64,000 nt of DNA from an uncultured Eubacteriales bacterium (lineage in GTDB: Bacteria; Bacillota; Clostridia; Oscillospirales; Acutalibacteraceae), in contig CAYJKT010000001.1 of NCBI GenBank assembly GCA_964370775.1, positions 89,542-153,541 of the forward strand, read 5' to 3'. This document shows positions 1-9,472 of this stretch, in pieces. Position 1 is the stretch's first letter; the number at the start of each line of letters is the position of its first letter. The position numbers were made by a program, and so were the translations under genes. The notes under the pieces were generated by a model. The model saw only the letters and a list, made by a program, of their open reading frames with translations, had not been told where the DNA came from and made no database searches.

Positions 1-206
1 TAGAAGCAGCAGACGACTTTGCTTTAACAAAATCTGAGATAGAAAATGCAGTTCAAACATTCATGGCATCTAGTGTTGTTGAGGGTATCTCTGAGGAAAG
101 CTGGAACGAATATATAGCTAACTTAGAAGCACTAGGACTAGCAGATTGGGTTACTTACTATCAATGCTATGTAAGTGGTGACTGGACAGCATGGGATAAC
201 AGATAA
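1..206 (+). CDS. C-terminal fragment of sugar-binding lipoprotein paralog (LplA/YtcQ-type extracellular solute-binding protein), copy 1 of a tandem array; 5' end outside window
   Basis: Frame 3 translates to ...EAADDFALTKSEIENAVQTFMASSVVEGISEESWNEYIANLEALGLADWVTYYQCYVSGDWTAWDNR*, clearly homologous to the C-termini of the two downstream full-length ORFs. Confidence 0.7.
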   Translation, partial: EAADDFALTKSEIENAVQTFMASSVVEGISEESWNEYIANLEALGLADWVTYYQCYVSGDWTAWDNR

Positions 207-260
207 TAATATTTACCTAAAATGCCTTAGGGTATAATAAATAGAAAGGAAGAAAAAAAT

Positions 261-1985
261 ATGCAAAGACTAAAAAGAATCATAGCAACACTTATCACAG
301 CGGCTCTTTTAGTATCTTCATTTGCTGCTTGCTCTACAGACACTGCTGAGAGCTCAGGCACAGCATCAGAAGGAACTGAATCATCTGCTACAGAGAGCGG
401 AGAAGAGAGCGGAGAGGCAGAAGGTGGAGAAGCTGTTACTTCGGTAGGTAACACAAACACAACTGGTTTACCAATCGCTATCGAGCCTATCTCTTATACA
501 GTGATGAACCAAAAAACTTCATCTGACAAATCAGGTGGACAAAATGACAAAGATATTATGACACTTTCAACCGAGGGTACAAATATCAGCATTGAGTGGA
601 CAGAGACAACAGAGGCTTCTTTCCAAGATACCCTTAACCTAATGCTTGCAACAGGCGACGGTATGCCTGATGGTATTTTAACAGGTTCTATGTCAGAAGC
701 TCAAGTTACTGAAAATATTCATAACTTCTATGCAATGACAGACGACACTCTAAGAACATTTGCGCCTAACATTGTTGAGCAAATGGAAGCAAACACTGAT
801 GGTGGACTAGACGAACTAAGAAAATCTGACGGAGTTATCTACACATTGCCAGTAGGCGTGTGGTCAGAGTATGCTAACTGGGCTACTGCTATTACATACA
901 TCAGAACAGAATGGATAGATACTTTAGGTTTAGAAATGCCTTCTACTATGGAAGAATTATATGATGTTCTAGTAGCGTTTAAAAATGACGACCCTAACGG
1001 TAATGGAACTGCAGATGAAATTCCATTCATCTTTGCTCAAAATAACTGGGCTGCAAAAATGCAACAATTAGCTGGTTCATGGGGCATGGCTGGTAGAAAC
1101 TTAAACAACGACCAATGGTATGGTAGAGTTGAAGATGGTCAATATATTTTAAATATCAATGATCAAAGATTTTACGATTTCTTAGTAGAGATGAACAGAT
1201 GGTATGAAGCTGGACTTATTAACGAAGACGGTTTCTCTATGACAGGCCCTGAGTATAACTCATTGGTACAACAAGATGTGCATGGTATGCATGGTTCATG
1301 GGCACCAACTCCAGAAGATTGGACAAGTGGAAAATGGACAAACCTACCTGTTTTAACAGTCGAAGGTTATGAAGAAGAAGCTATGAAACCAGGCGAAATC
1401 AACTTTAGATCAGCTGGTATGAACGGTTTCTCTATCACATCAACTTGTGAAGAACCAGAAGGTTTGCTACGTTGGTGGGATCATGTTCACTCAGAAACAG
1501 AGTGGAAACTTATCGGTAGAGATGGCCCAGAGGGCATAGCATGGGAATATGGCGAAGACGGAACAGCGTATGTAAAATCAGTTGATCCATATCCAGACGG
1601 CTTGACAAATGAGACAGAAGTACACAACACTTATGCTTGGCGTGCAGTTTCTCCAATCCTATTTGTTGGCGAAGCAGCTATTCCAAACCCAGACAATCTA
1701 AGTGCTGATGGTATCAGATACGAAGTTGGCCCTTACTACGAAGAGTTCTTCCCAGAAGAGCATATTCCTGTAACTCCAATTCCAGCTGATGCAGCAGAAG
1801 ATTTTGCTTTAGCTAAATCTGAGATTGAGAACGAAGTTGAAGTTTTCTTTGCAAACAGCGTTGTTAACGGTATCACAGAAGAGAGCTGGAACGAGTACCT
1901 AGCTAACCTAGAAGCATTCGGTATAGACGAATGGGTAAGCTTCTACCAAAGCTATGTAAGCGGTGACTGGTCTGCTTGGGAATAA
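261..1985 (+). CDS. extracellular solute-binding lipoprotein, LplA/YtcQ-like (CUT1-associated sugar SBP), paralog 2
   Basis: 574 aa; lipoprotein signal with lipobox FAAC-S; Ser/Glu/Gly-rich linker; motifs DGVIYTLP, WIDTLGLEMPSTMEELYDVLVAFKNDDPNGNGTADEIPF typical of large family-1 sugar SBPs; RBS AAGGAAG upstream. Confidence 0.8.
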   Translation: MQRLKRIIATLITAALLVSSFAACSTDTAESSGTASEGTESSATESGEESGEAEGGEAVTSVGNTNTTGLPIAIEPISYTVMNQKTSSDKSGGQNDKDIMTLSTEGTNISIEWTETTEASFQDTLNLMLATGDGMPDGILTGSMSEAQVTENIHNFYAMTDDTLRTFAPNIVEQMEANTDGGLDELRKSDGVIYTLPVGVWSEYANWATAITYIRTEWIDTLGLEMPSTMEELYDVLVAFKNDDPNGNGTADEIPFIFAQNNWAAKMQQLAGSWGMAGRNLNNDQWYGRVEDGQYILNINDQRFYDFLVEMNRWYEAGLINEDGFSMTGPEYNSLVQQDVHGMHGSWAPTPEDWTSGKWTNLPVLTVEGYEEEAMKPGEINFRSAGMNGFSITSTCEEPEGLLRWWDHVHSETEWKLIGRDGPEGIAWEYGEDGTAYVKSVDPYPDGLTNETEVHNTYAWRAVSPILFVGEAAIPNPDNLSADGIRYEVGPYYEEFFPEEHIPVTPIPADAAEDFALAKSEIENEVEVFFANSVVNGITEESWNEYLANLEAFGIDEWVSFYQSYVSGDWSAWE

Positions 1986-2134
1986 TCCCAAAAAATATTT
2001 GTTAATATTGACTTAATATATTGTAGGGCAAGGTTTTGACCATAACGAGATATTTATGGTTAAGACACTACCCTACATAATATTGTGTAATTCGATTTTA
2101 ATTAAATAAGAAACAATTAGGTAATAAATATACA

Positions 2135-2190
2135 TTCCCTGTAGGTGTATATTATAAAACAAATTACAGACCAAGATAATTTAATTATCT
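2135..2190. repeat. conserved ~55-bp intergenic element (ttccctgtagg-N17-attacagacca-ttaattat), copy 1, downstream of SBP paralog 2 / upstream of paralog 3
   Basis: Near-identical motif pair recurs at 4042..4090 with the same spacing; overlaps -35/spacer of AT-rich -10-like hexamers (TATATT/TATTAT). Confidence 0.5.
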
Positions 2191-2233
2191 AATGCCAAAA
2201 GGCAATTTATTTTCGAAAGGAAGAAATAAGACT

Positions 2234-3952
2234 ATGCAAAAACTAAAAAGAATTATAGCTACGTTAATCACAGCAGCTCTTTTAGTATCTTCATTTGCTG
2301 CGTGCTCTACAGACACTGCTGAGAGCTCAGGCACAGCATCAGAAGGAACTGAATCATCTGCAACAGATAGCGAAGGCGGAGAAGAAGAGGGTGGAGAAGC
2401 TGTTACTTCTGTGGGCAACACAAATGTATCAGGTTTACCAATTGCTATCGAGCCTATCACTTACACAGTGATGAACCAAAAACCTTCATCAGATAAATCA
2501 TCTGGTCAAAATGAAAAAGATATTATGACTCTTTCAACAGAGGGTACAAATGTAAGCATTGAGTGGACAGAGACAACAGAGGCATCTTTCCAAGATACTC
2601 TTAACTTAACACTTGCAACAGGCGACGGTATGCCAGATGCTATCATGACAGGTTCTATGTCAGAAGCACAAGTTACTGGTAACCTTCATAACTTCTTTGC
2701 TTTAACAGATGACACATTAAGAACATTTGCTCCTAACATTGTAGAGCAAATTGAAGCAAACACAGAAGGTGGACTAGACGAGTTAAGAAAAACTGACGGA
2801 GTTATCTATACTCTACCAGTAGGTGTTTGGTCAGAGTATGCTAACTGGGCAAGTGCTATACCTTACATCAGAACAGAGTGGTTAGATACTCTAGGTTTAG
2901 AAGTACCTTCTACTATCGAAGAGTTATACGATGTTCTAGTAGCATTTAAAAATGACGACCCTAACGGTAACGGAACTGCTGATGAAATTCCTATGATTTT
3001 TGCTCAAAACAACTGGGCAGCTAAATTACAAATATTAGCTGGTTCATGGGGTATGGCTGGTAGAAACCTAAACAACGACCAATGGTATGGTAGAGTTGAA
3101 GATGGTCAATACATATTAAATATCAATGATCAAAGATTTTACGATTACTTAGTAGAGATGAACAGATGGTATGAAGCTGGTCTTATCAATGGAGACGGTT
3201 TCTCAATGACAGGTCCTGAGTTTAACTCACTAAAACAACAAGATATTCATGGTTTAGTTGGCGATTGGACTCCTACAGTTGAAGCTTGGGAAAGTGGCGC
3301 ATGGACAAACCTACCTGTATTAACAGCAGAAGGTTATGAAGATATGGCTATGAAATCAGGCGAAACTAACTTTAAATCAGTTGCTTTAAACGGTTTTGCT
3401 ATCACTACTAGTTGTGAAGAGCCAGAAGGCTTACTACGTTGGTGGGATAATGTTCACTCAGACACAGAGTGGAAACTTATCTCTAGAGATGGTCCAGAAG
3501 GCATAGCATGGGAATATGGCGAAGACGGTACAGCGTATGTAAAATCAGTTGATCCACTTCCAGATGGTTTAACAACTGAGACAGAAGTACACAACACTTA
3601 TGCTTGGCGTTCAGTTTCTGCTGTTCTATTCACTGGCGAATCAGCTATTCCAAACCCAGATGTTTTAAGTGCTGACGGTATCAGATACGAAATCATTCCT
3701 CAATACGAAGAGTATTTCCCAACAGAGCACATTCCTTCTACTCCAACACCTGCAGATGCAACAGAAGATTTCGCATTAGCGAAATCTGAGATTGAAAACG
3801 AAGTTGAAGTTTTCTTTGCAAACAGCGTTGTTAACGGAATTACACAAGATAGCTGGAACGAGTACCTAGCTAACCTAGAAGCATTCGGTATAGACGAATG
3901 GGTAAGCTTCTACCAAAGCTATGTAAGCGGTGACTGGTCTGCTTGGGAATAA
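2234..3952 (+). CDS. extracellular solute-binding lipoprotein, LplA/YtcQ-like, paralog 3 (about 85 percent identical to paralog 2)
   Basis: ORF 2192..3952 trimmed to MQKLKRIIATL start preceded by GGAAG RBS; same lipobox and domain motifs as 261..1985. Confidence 0.8.
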   Translation: MQKLKRIIATLITAALLVSSFAACSTDTAESSGTASEGTESSATDSEGGEEEGGEAVTSVGNTNVSGLPIAIEPITYTVMNQKPSSDKSSGQNEKDIMTLSTEGTNVSIEWTETTEASFQDTLNLTLATGDGMPDAIMTGSMSEAQVTGNLHNFFALTDDTLRTFAPNIVEQIEANTEGGLDELRKTDGVIYTLPVGVWSEYANWASAIPYIRTEWLDTLGLEVPSTIEELYDVLVAFKNDDPNGNGTADEIPMIFAQNNWAAKLQILAGSWGMAGRNLNNDQWYGRVEDGQYILNINDQRFYDYLVEMNRWYEAGLINGDGFSMTGPEFNSLKQQDIHGLVGDWTPTVEAWESGAWTNLPVLTAEGYEDMAMKSGETNFKSVALNGFAITTSCEEPEGLLRWWDNVHSDTEWKLISRDGPEGIAWEYGEDGTAYVKSVDPLPDGLTTETEVHNTYAWRSVSAVLFTGESAIPNPDVLSADGIRYEIIPQYEEYFPTEHIPSTPTPADATEDFALAKSEIENEVEVFFANSVVNGITQDSWNEYLANLEAFGIDEWVSFYQSYVSGDWSAWE

Positions 3953-4041
3953 GAATATAACTTAATTTTATGGTATAGGGCTTAGAGGGGTAACCCTTTA
4001 AGTCCACCTCCATATCATGTGGTTAAACGATTATAAATATG

Positions 4042-4090
4042 TTCCCTGTAGGCATATTTTGTATTTATATTACAGACCATATTAATTATA
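4042..4090. repeat. conserved intergenic element copy 2 (ttccctgtagg...attacagacca), upstream of GH2 gene
   Basis: Same two 11-mers with 27-nt spacing as copy at 2135..2190. Confidence 0.5.
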
Positions 4091-4187
4091 TAAAACTAGA
4101 CAGGCGAATGGTATTACGAAATTTTTCGTCATACTTTTCGCTTTTAATAATGTAATCGATAAAATTAACATATAACAGGAGAAGAAA

Positions 4188-6599
4188 ATGAAAAAGGTAA
4201 TTACACTTAACAAAGATTGGAAATTTTTAGAGCACGACCTAGCAAAAGACTGTTCGTTTCACCCATTTTACAGAGATGACTTTGACGATAGTGCATGGGT
4301 AAATGTAACAATTCCACACGACAACAGCATTAGAACAGAGTTCAAAGAGAGTAACTTAAGTGGTGCACGTGGAGGATACGCAAAAACTACAATGTGCTAT
4401 TACAATAAATATTTTAATGTGGATAATGCCGATTTAAACAAGCGTTTTGAGCTAGAATTTGAGGGTGTATACATGAATTCTACCGTTTATGTTAACGGTG
4501 AATTTGTGGGTAAATATCCGTATGGTTACACAACTTTTTCTTACGATATAACATCTTTGGTTAAAGAGGGAAAAAATAAAATTTCTGTGTTAGTAGATAA
4601 CGAGGTTCAACCTGCTTCTCGTTGGTACAGTGGTACAGGTATTTACAGACCTGTGTATTTGCATGTAACAGAAAAACTATATCTAAAAAGAGACGATTTC
4701 TACGTGACTACTCCAATTGTAGGCGAGGAGCGTTCAGTTGTTGAAGTTACAGCTAATGTATGTAACGAGGGTAAAGAGTCAAAACATTTTGCATTAAAAT
4801 TCGAGATAAAAGATAAATCTGGTAAAATCGTAGCAGAAAAAGAAGTTAAAAAATCTGTTTCTTATGGTGGTAGCAGTAGCGTTACTGTGCAAATGGATAT
4901 AAATGACGTTTACCTATGGTGTAATGCTAATCCATATCTATATGATTGCAGTGTGACTGTATCAGTTGATAGCGAAAAAATGGACGAGTTAAGCCAAAAA
5001 ATTGGTGTTAGAGACATTAAATTTACAGCTGATAACGGATTTATCATCAATGGTAAAAGAGAATTTTTGAAAGGTGTTTGCATACATCACGACAACGGTT
5101 GCCTAGGTGCAGCTGCTGAGAGAGACGCTTTTATCAAGAAAATCGAGATAGTAAAAGCTATGGGTGCTAATGCTATTAGAACTTCTCACAACCCAGAAGC
5201 CCCAGAGTTTTTAGACCTCTGCGATGAATACGGAATGTACGTTATGGAGGAAGCATTTGACGAGTGGACTCTTGGTAAAAGACCTAGAATTTTCGGCAAT
5301 GTGTTTATCAGACAACCTATATATGCGTATGCTGTTCATTTTAACGAGTGGGCAGAAAAAGACCTAACAGCAATGATAAAAAGAGACAGAAACCACCCAA
5401 GTATTGTTATGTGGAGCATAGGAAATGAGATTGAAGAATTACGTCATGTTGAGGGCGAGGGATTGACTCAATTTTTGACAAACATTGTTAAAAAATATGA
5501 CGAAACAAGACCTGTAACTATGGCAGCAAATGGCTTGGAAGCTATCAACAAAACTCATTCACCTGACATTGTTGATGTTTGCGGATATAACTATGCTGAA
5601 AAATTCTATGTAGCACACCATAAACAAACTCCAACAAGACCAATTATAGGTAGCGAGACTGCATCTATTACTCCGTTTGAAAAACGTGGAGTGTATGATG
5701 AATTTATAAAAATGACAAACGAAGTTGACTATGACGAGGATGAAAACGCAGACCCAGAGCAAATGGCGTTCAACGGACCTGTTCTGCACGACACACTTTC
5801 TCGTGTAGTGCGTGGTGAGATGTCATGGAAATATCACAAGGAAAATCCGTTTGTTGCAGGTATGTTTATATGGACAGGTATTGATTATATCGGAGAGCCA
5901 ACTCCTTGCACATGGCCGTCAGTTAGTTCATATTTTGCACCGATAGACAGAGCAATGCTTCCTAAAGATGCATTTTACTTCTATAAAAGTGTGTGGTCAG
6001 ACGAAACAGTTCTGCACATGTTACCTCATTGGTCATTTGGCAAAGAGATGGAGGGCAAAACCGTACCAGTATGGAGCTTTACAAACTGCGAGGAAGTAGA
6101 GCTGTTTGTAAATGGAAAATCTTATGGCAAAAAAAGAATGGACGAAACAGAGCTTTACCACTTGATGTGGAAAGATGTTGTGTTTGAAGCTGGCGAACTT
6201 AAAGCAGTAGGATATAGAAACGGCGAAAAAGTAGAGCAAGTTATTAAAACAGCTAGAGAAGTAAGCGATTATAAATTCACAGCTGATAAAGACAGCGTAA
6301 AAGTAGACGAGCTAGTTTATGTTGACATTATTCTACTAGATAAAGACGGAAACTTTGTGCCAAACACAGACACAGAGGTTGAGTTTAACTGCTGTAACAA
6401 TGCTGAACTTATAGGAATTGACAATGGTTCACCTGAATTTATAGGTTTTGTAGACAACAAATTAGAGACTTTGTCTGGCAGAGCGATTGCGGTGTTTAGA
6501 GCATTAAATGCCGGAGAAATTGAGCTAACTGCTAATGTTAAAATGACAGATGGCTCAGTTAATGAAAAGAAAATTAAAGTTGCAAGTGTAAATAAATGA
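4188..6599 (+). CDS. glycoside hydrolase family 2 protein (beta-galactosidase/beta-glucuronidase-like), no signal peptide
   Basis: 803 aa; NEVQPASRWYSGTGIYRPVYL and MWSIGNEIEE (GH2 acid/base region) motifs; N-terminal sugar-binding jelly-roll region; RBS AGGAGAAG. Confidence 0.8.
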   Translation: MKKVITLNKDWKFLEHDLAKDCSFHPFYRDDFDDSAWVNVTIPHDNSIRTEFKESNLSGARGGYAKTTMCYYNKYFNVDNADLNKRFELEFEGVYMNSTVYVNGEFVGKYPYGYTTFSYDITSLVKEGKNKISVLVDNEVQPASRWYSGTGIYRPVYLHVTEKLYLKRDDFYVTTPIVGEERSVVEVTANVCNEGKESKHFALKFEIKDKSGKIVAEKEVKKSVSYGGSSSVTVQMDINDVYLWCNANPYLYDCSVTVSVDSEKMDELSQKIGVRDIKFTADNGFIINGKREFLKGVCIHHDNGCLGAAAERDAFIKKIEIVKAMGANAIRTSHNPEAPEFLDLCDEYGMYVMEEAFDEWTLGKRPRIFGNVFIRQPIYAYAVHFNEWAEKDLTAMIKRDRNHPSIVMWSIGNEIEELRHVEGEGLTQFLTNIVKKYDETRPVTMAANGLEAINKTHSPDIVDVCGYNYAEKFYVAHHKQTPTRPIIGSETASITPFEKRGVYDEFIKMTNEVDYDEDENADPEQMAFNGPVLHDTLSRVVRGEMSWKYHKENPFVAGMFIWTGIDYIGEPTPCTWPSVSSYFAPIDRAMLPKDAFYFYKSVWSDETVLHMLPHWSFGKEMEGKTVPVWSFTNCEEVELFVNGKSYGKKRMDETELYHLMWKDVVFEAGELKAVGYRNGEKVEQVIKTAREVSDYKFTADKDSVKVDELVYVDIILLDKDGNFVPNTDTEVEFNCCNNAELIGIDNGSPEFIGFVDNKLETLSGRAIAVFRALNAGEIELTANVKMTDGSVNEKKIKVASVNK

Positions 6600-6622
6600 T
6601 TAAGATGAATAGGAGAGAGAAC

Positions 6623-8611
6623 ATGAGTAACAAGCCGAACTTACTGTTTTTATTGGCAGAGGATATGTGCCCAAACCTAGGTTGCTATGGTGACCCAGAT
6701 GCGATTACTCCAAACTTAGATGCATTATCTGAGGAGGGAATGAGCTACACTCACGCTAACAGTGTAGCACCTGTGTGCTCTGCTGCAAGAACAACACTTG
6801 CACTTGGAGTATATCCGTTTACAGCTGGTGTTGGAAACCACAGAAGCTGTGTGGAACTTCCTAACCACATAAAAGTTATAGCAAAATATATGCAGGAGAT
6901 AGGCTATTTTACTGCTATCAACAAAACAGATTACAACTTTGCACACGAAAGTGGTAAGAACTATGTTGAGGGTTGGAACGAAGTGTTTGACGCTCCGTAT
7001 TTCATGGACGATATTTGCGTTCCTAATGCTATAAGAGATACATGGAGAAACAAAGGAGACAAGCCGTTCTTCTTTATGCATACTTATGCTGGTACTCATC
7101 AATCAAGATATGGTTACCCAAACAACGCAGAGGGACATAGAAAAGAGTATGCTCCACGTACACCAGAAAAAGATTTCAGAGACAGAAGTAAGCTGACTAT
7201 TCCTCCATATCACCCAGATAATGCAGATACTAGAGAGATTTGGGGGCAATACCATGAGTGCATATCTGCTATGGATAGAATGGTGGGAGAGACCATAGAA
7301 TATCTAAAAGAAGACGGACTATATGACGATACTATCATTTTGTTTGTAGGTGACAACGGCATGGGTATACCAGGTGGTAAGGCTCACATGTGGAACGAGG
7401 GTTTGCATGTTCCAATGATTATTAGAGTGCCAGAAAAATATGCTCACCTAGCGCCAAATTACAAAAAAGGTAGCAAATATGTGGACGAAGTAAGCTTTAT
7501 AGATATTCCAAGAACCATGATAAGATTAGGTGGTGGAACAGCACCTGAGTACATGCACGGTAAGGACTTCTTAAAAGACGAAGCAAGAGATTATTCGTTC
7601 TCTTACAGAAATCGCTTAGACGGTGTGCCAGAGTTCGTGCGTTCAGTGCGTGGCAAAGACTTCATGTATATTAGAAACTTCTTCCCAAAAAGAGCATGGA
7701 GATTTTCACCTTATATGGCAAAAATGGGACCATACTTTACAACTTCATGGGAGAGAGACGTTAAAAAGTCAGGCGAGTTAGATACATATAACAGAAAAAA
7801 TGCTTATTTCTTAGATGAAAAACCAGCAGAAGAATTATATGACCACAAAAACGACCCTTACGAGTTAAACAACATAGCAAATGACCCTAAATATAAAGAT
7901 GTACTGCTTGAGATGAGAGCAGAAACTATAAAATATATGTTATCTGTTAAAGATTTAGGCTTCATACCAGAGCAAGAGATTAACAGAATGGCAAAAGAAA
8001 AAGGCGTTACTCAATATGAAGTAGCACAAGATGAAAAAGCGTATCCAATAGCTGAGATTATGGAACTTTGTAACCTCGCGTTTGAGGAAAAAGCTCCTGT
8101 AGAAAAAATCAAAAACGCTATAGATAGCGAAAATCCGATAGTAAAATATTGGGGATTATACATGGCTGAGTACTTTAATTTAACAGAGTTCTTAGATGAT
8201 ATTTTGGCACTTACAAAAAGCGAAAATGTATCAGTTAAAATATCAGCTTCTGAGACAGTTATTAATTTAACTAACGAAGAAAACGCAGTTAAGACAGCAA
8301 AAGAGGCTATCAAAGAAGTACTTGTGATTAAAGACGACGTATTAGCTTTGCTAGAGGCTGTGCATTGTATTTGTAGATTAGAAGAAAAAGCAAGCGACTT
8401 AGTGCCATTCACACAAAAGTTCTATGATGTAAATAATGTGACAACAGAGAAAAACAAAGACAGATACACTGTAGCTGTGCAAGATATTGCAACTTATAGT
8501 GCAGAGTTTAGTGAAACTCCGTTTGACTTAAATCCTGATAAAAAAGACGAAAAAAGGTTGTTAATCATTAGAGAATTAAAGAAGAAAATCCTAGAAATGG
8601 ATTTAGCATAA
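6623..8611 (+). CDS. sulfatase (Cys-type, formylglycine-dependent) with about 200-aa C-terminal helical extension; cytoplasmic (no signal peptide)
   Basis: N-terminus KPNLLFLLAEDMCPNLGCYGD and active-site segment PVCSAARTTLALG (C-x-A-x-R variant of C-x-P-x-R); start chosen at MSNKPN after strong RBS TAGGAGAGAG; alternative ATG at 6596 overlaps GH2 stop (ATGA). Confidence 0.7.
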   Translation: MSNKPNLLFLLAEDMCPNLGCYGDPDAITPNLDALSEEGMSYTHANSVAPVCSAARTTLALGVYPFTAGVGNHRSCVELPNHIKVIAKYMQEIGYFTAINKTDYNFAHESGKNYVEGWNEVFDAPYFMDDICVPNAIRDTWRNKGDKPFFFMHTYAGTHQSRYGYPNNAEGHRKEYAPRTPEKDFRDRSKLTIPPYHPDNADTREIWGQYHECISAMDRMVGETIEYLKEDGLYDDTIILFVGDNGMGIPGGKAHMWNEGLHVPMIIRVPEKYAHLAPNYKKGSKYVDEVSFIDIPRTMIRLGGGTAPEYMHGKDFLKDEARDYSFSYRNRLDGVPEFVRSVRGKDFMYIRNFFPKRAWRFSPYMAKMGPYFTTSWERDVKKSGELDTYNRKNAYFLDEKPAEELYDHKNDPYELNNIANDPKYKDVLLEMRAETIKYMLSVKDLGFIPEQEINRMAKEKGVTQYEVAQDEKAYPIAEIMELCNLAFEEKAPVEKIKNAIDSENPIVKYWGLYMAEYFNLTEFLDDILALTKSENVSVKISASETVINLTNEENAVKTAKEAIKEVLVIKDDVLALLEAVHCICRLEEKASDLVPFTQKFYDVNNVTTEKNKDRYTVAVQDIATYSAEFSETPFDLNPDKKDEKRLLIIRELKKKILEMDLA

Positions 8612-8666
8612 CCTTAGAGATTTTCTTAGAATAAGACAAAATACTTAAAATAATTGAGGTGTGCTG

Positions 8667-9104
8667 ATGTTAAAAGGTGTACCAAGCGTGCTTTCACCAA
8701 GTTTGTTAAAAGCGTTAATGGAGATGGGGCATGGCGACGAGCTTGTGATTGGAGACGGCAACTTTCCGTCAAACAGGTTAGGTAAAAATGCAACGATTAT
8801 TAGAGCAGACGGACATGGAACAGAAGAAATATTAGAAGCTATTTTGCAGTTTTTGCCACTGGACAGCTATGTGGATTTTTCTGTTATATTAATGAAAGTG
8901 GGCAAGCACAGAAATATTGTTCCAATAATTTGGGATAGTTACAAAACAATTATAAAAAAGCATGAGCCGAATGTAACAGAGTTTTGCATGTTGGAAAGAT
9001 TTGATTTTTACGACAGAGCAAAAAAGGCTTATGTGGTAATAGCTACATCAGAGAAGCAAGAGTTTGCAAATATAATTCTTAAAAAAGGTGTAGTGAAAAA
9101 CTGA
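8667..9104 (+). CDS. fucU: L-fucose mutarotase (FucU/RbsD family)
   Basis: MLKGVPSVLSPSLLKALMEMGHGDELVIGDGNFP matches FucU N-terminal signature (MLK..ISPELLK.LAEMGHGDEIV..DAHFP); RBS GAGGTG 6 nt upstream. Confidence 0.75.
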   Translation: MLKGVPSVLSPSLLKALMEMGHGDELVIGDGNFPSNRLGKNATIIRADGHGTEEILEAILQFLPLDSYVDFSVILMKVGKHRNIVPIIWDSYKTIIKKHEPNVTEFCMLERFDFYDRAKKAYVVIATSEKQEFANIILKKGVVKN

Positions 9105-9149
9105 CTGTTTAAAAAGAGGCATCGCATTAAGGTAAAATGAACAAAAAGT

Positions 9150-9175
9150 AGGGGAGGGTTTCAATGCCCTCCCCT
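9150..9175. terminator. GC-rich hairpin aggggaggg-N8-ccctcccct; T-tract on minus strand (terminator of minus-strand ABC operon), possibly bidirectional
   Basis: Perfect 9-bp inverted repeat between convergent fucU and 9290..9472 gene; followed on minus strand by TTTTTGTTCATTTT. Confidence 0.5.
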
Positions 9176-9202
9176 AAAACAGGTGAAAAATTGATAATTT
9201 TC

Positions 9203-9224
9203 GGACAGGCATGGAAGCCTGTCC
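9203..9224. terminator. second intergenic hairpin ggacaggc-N6-gcctgtcc (possible + strand terminator for fucU operon)
   Basis: 8-bp perfect inverted repeat followed on + strand by T-rich tract ggtttgttcgtttt. Confidence 0.35.
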
Positions 9225-9289
9225 CTACACTGGTTTGTTCGTTTTAACGGTAAAGTTTGTAAATGCAACAACCCCTTCTTATATTGATT

Positions 9290-9472
9290 TTATTTTGGAA
9301 GCCCTAACCAAATAGCGAAAAGTGCTAGAGTTATTCCTAAAATAATAGCTACGATATTCCAAATAATACCTTTATTATTTTTCAATCGAGAAATAGCGAA
9401 AACTACTAAAAATATTCCTGCAATCATAGAAAAAAGCATTATAAAAAATCCCATTTTACACCACCCTTTCAA
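9290..9472 (-). CDS. 60-aa two-helix micro membrane protein, last gene of the XRE-FtsX-ABC operon (overlaps ATPase 3' end by 17 nt)
   Basis: MKGWCKMGFFIMLFSMIAGIFLVVFAISRLKNNKGIIWNIVAIILGITLALFAIWLGLPK: two hydrophobic helices; translationally coupled position. Confidence 0.4.
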   Translation of the reverse strand: MKGWCKMGFFIMLFSMIAGIFLVVFAISRLKNNKGIIWNIVAIILGITLALFAIWLGLPK

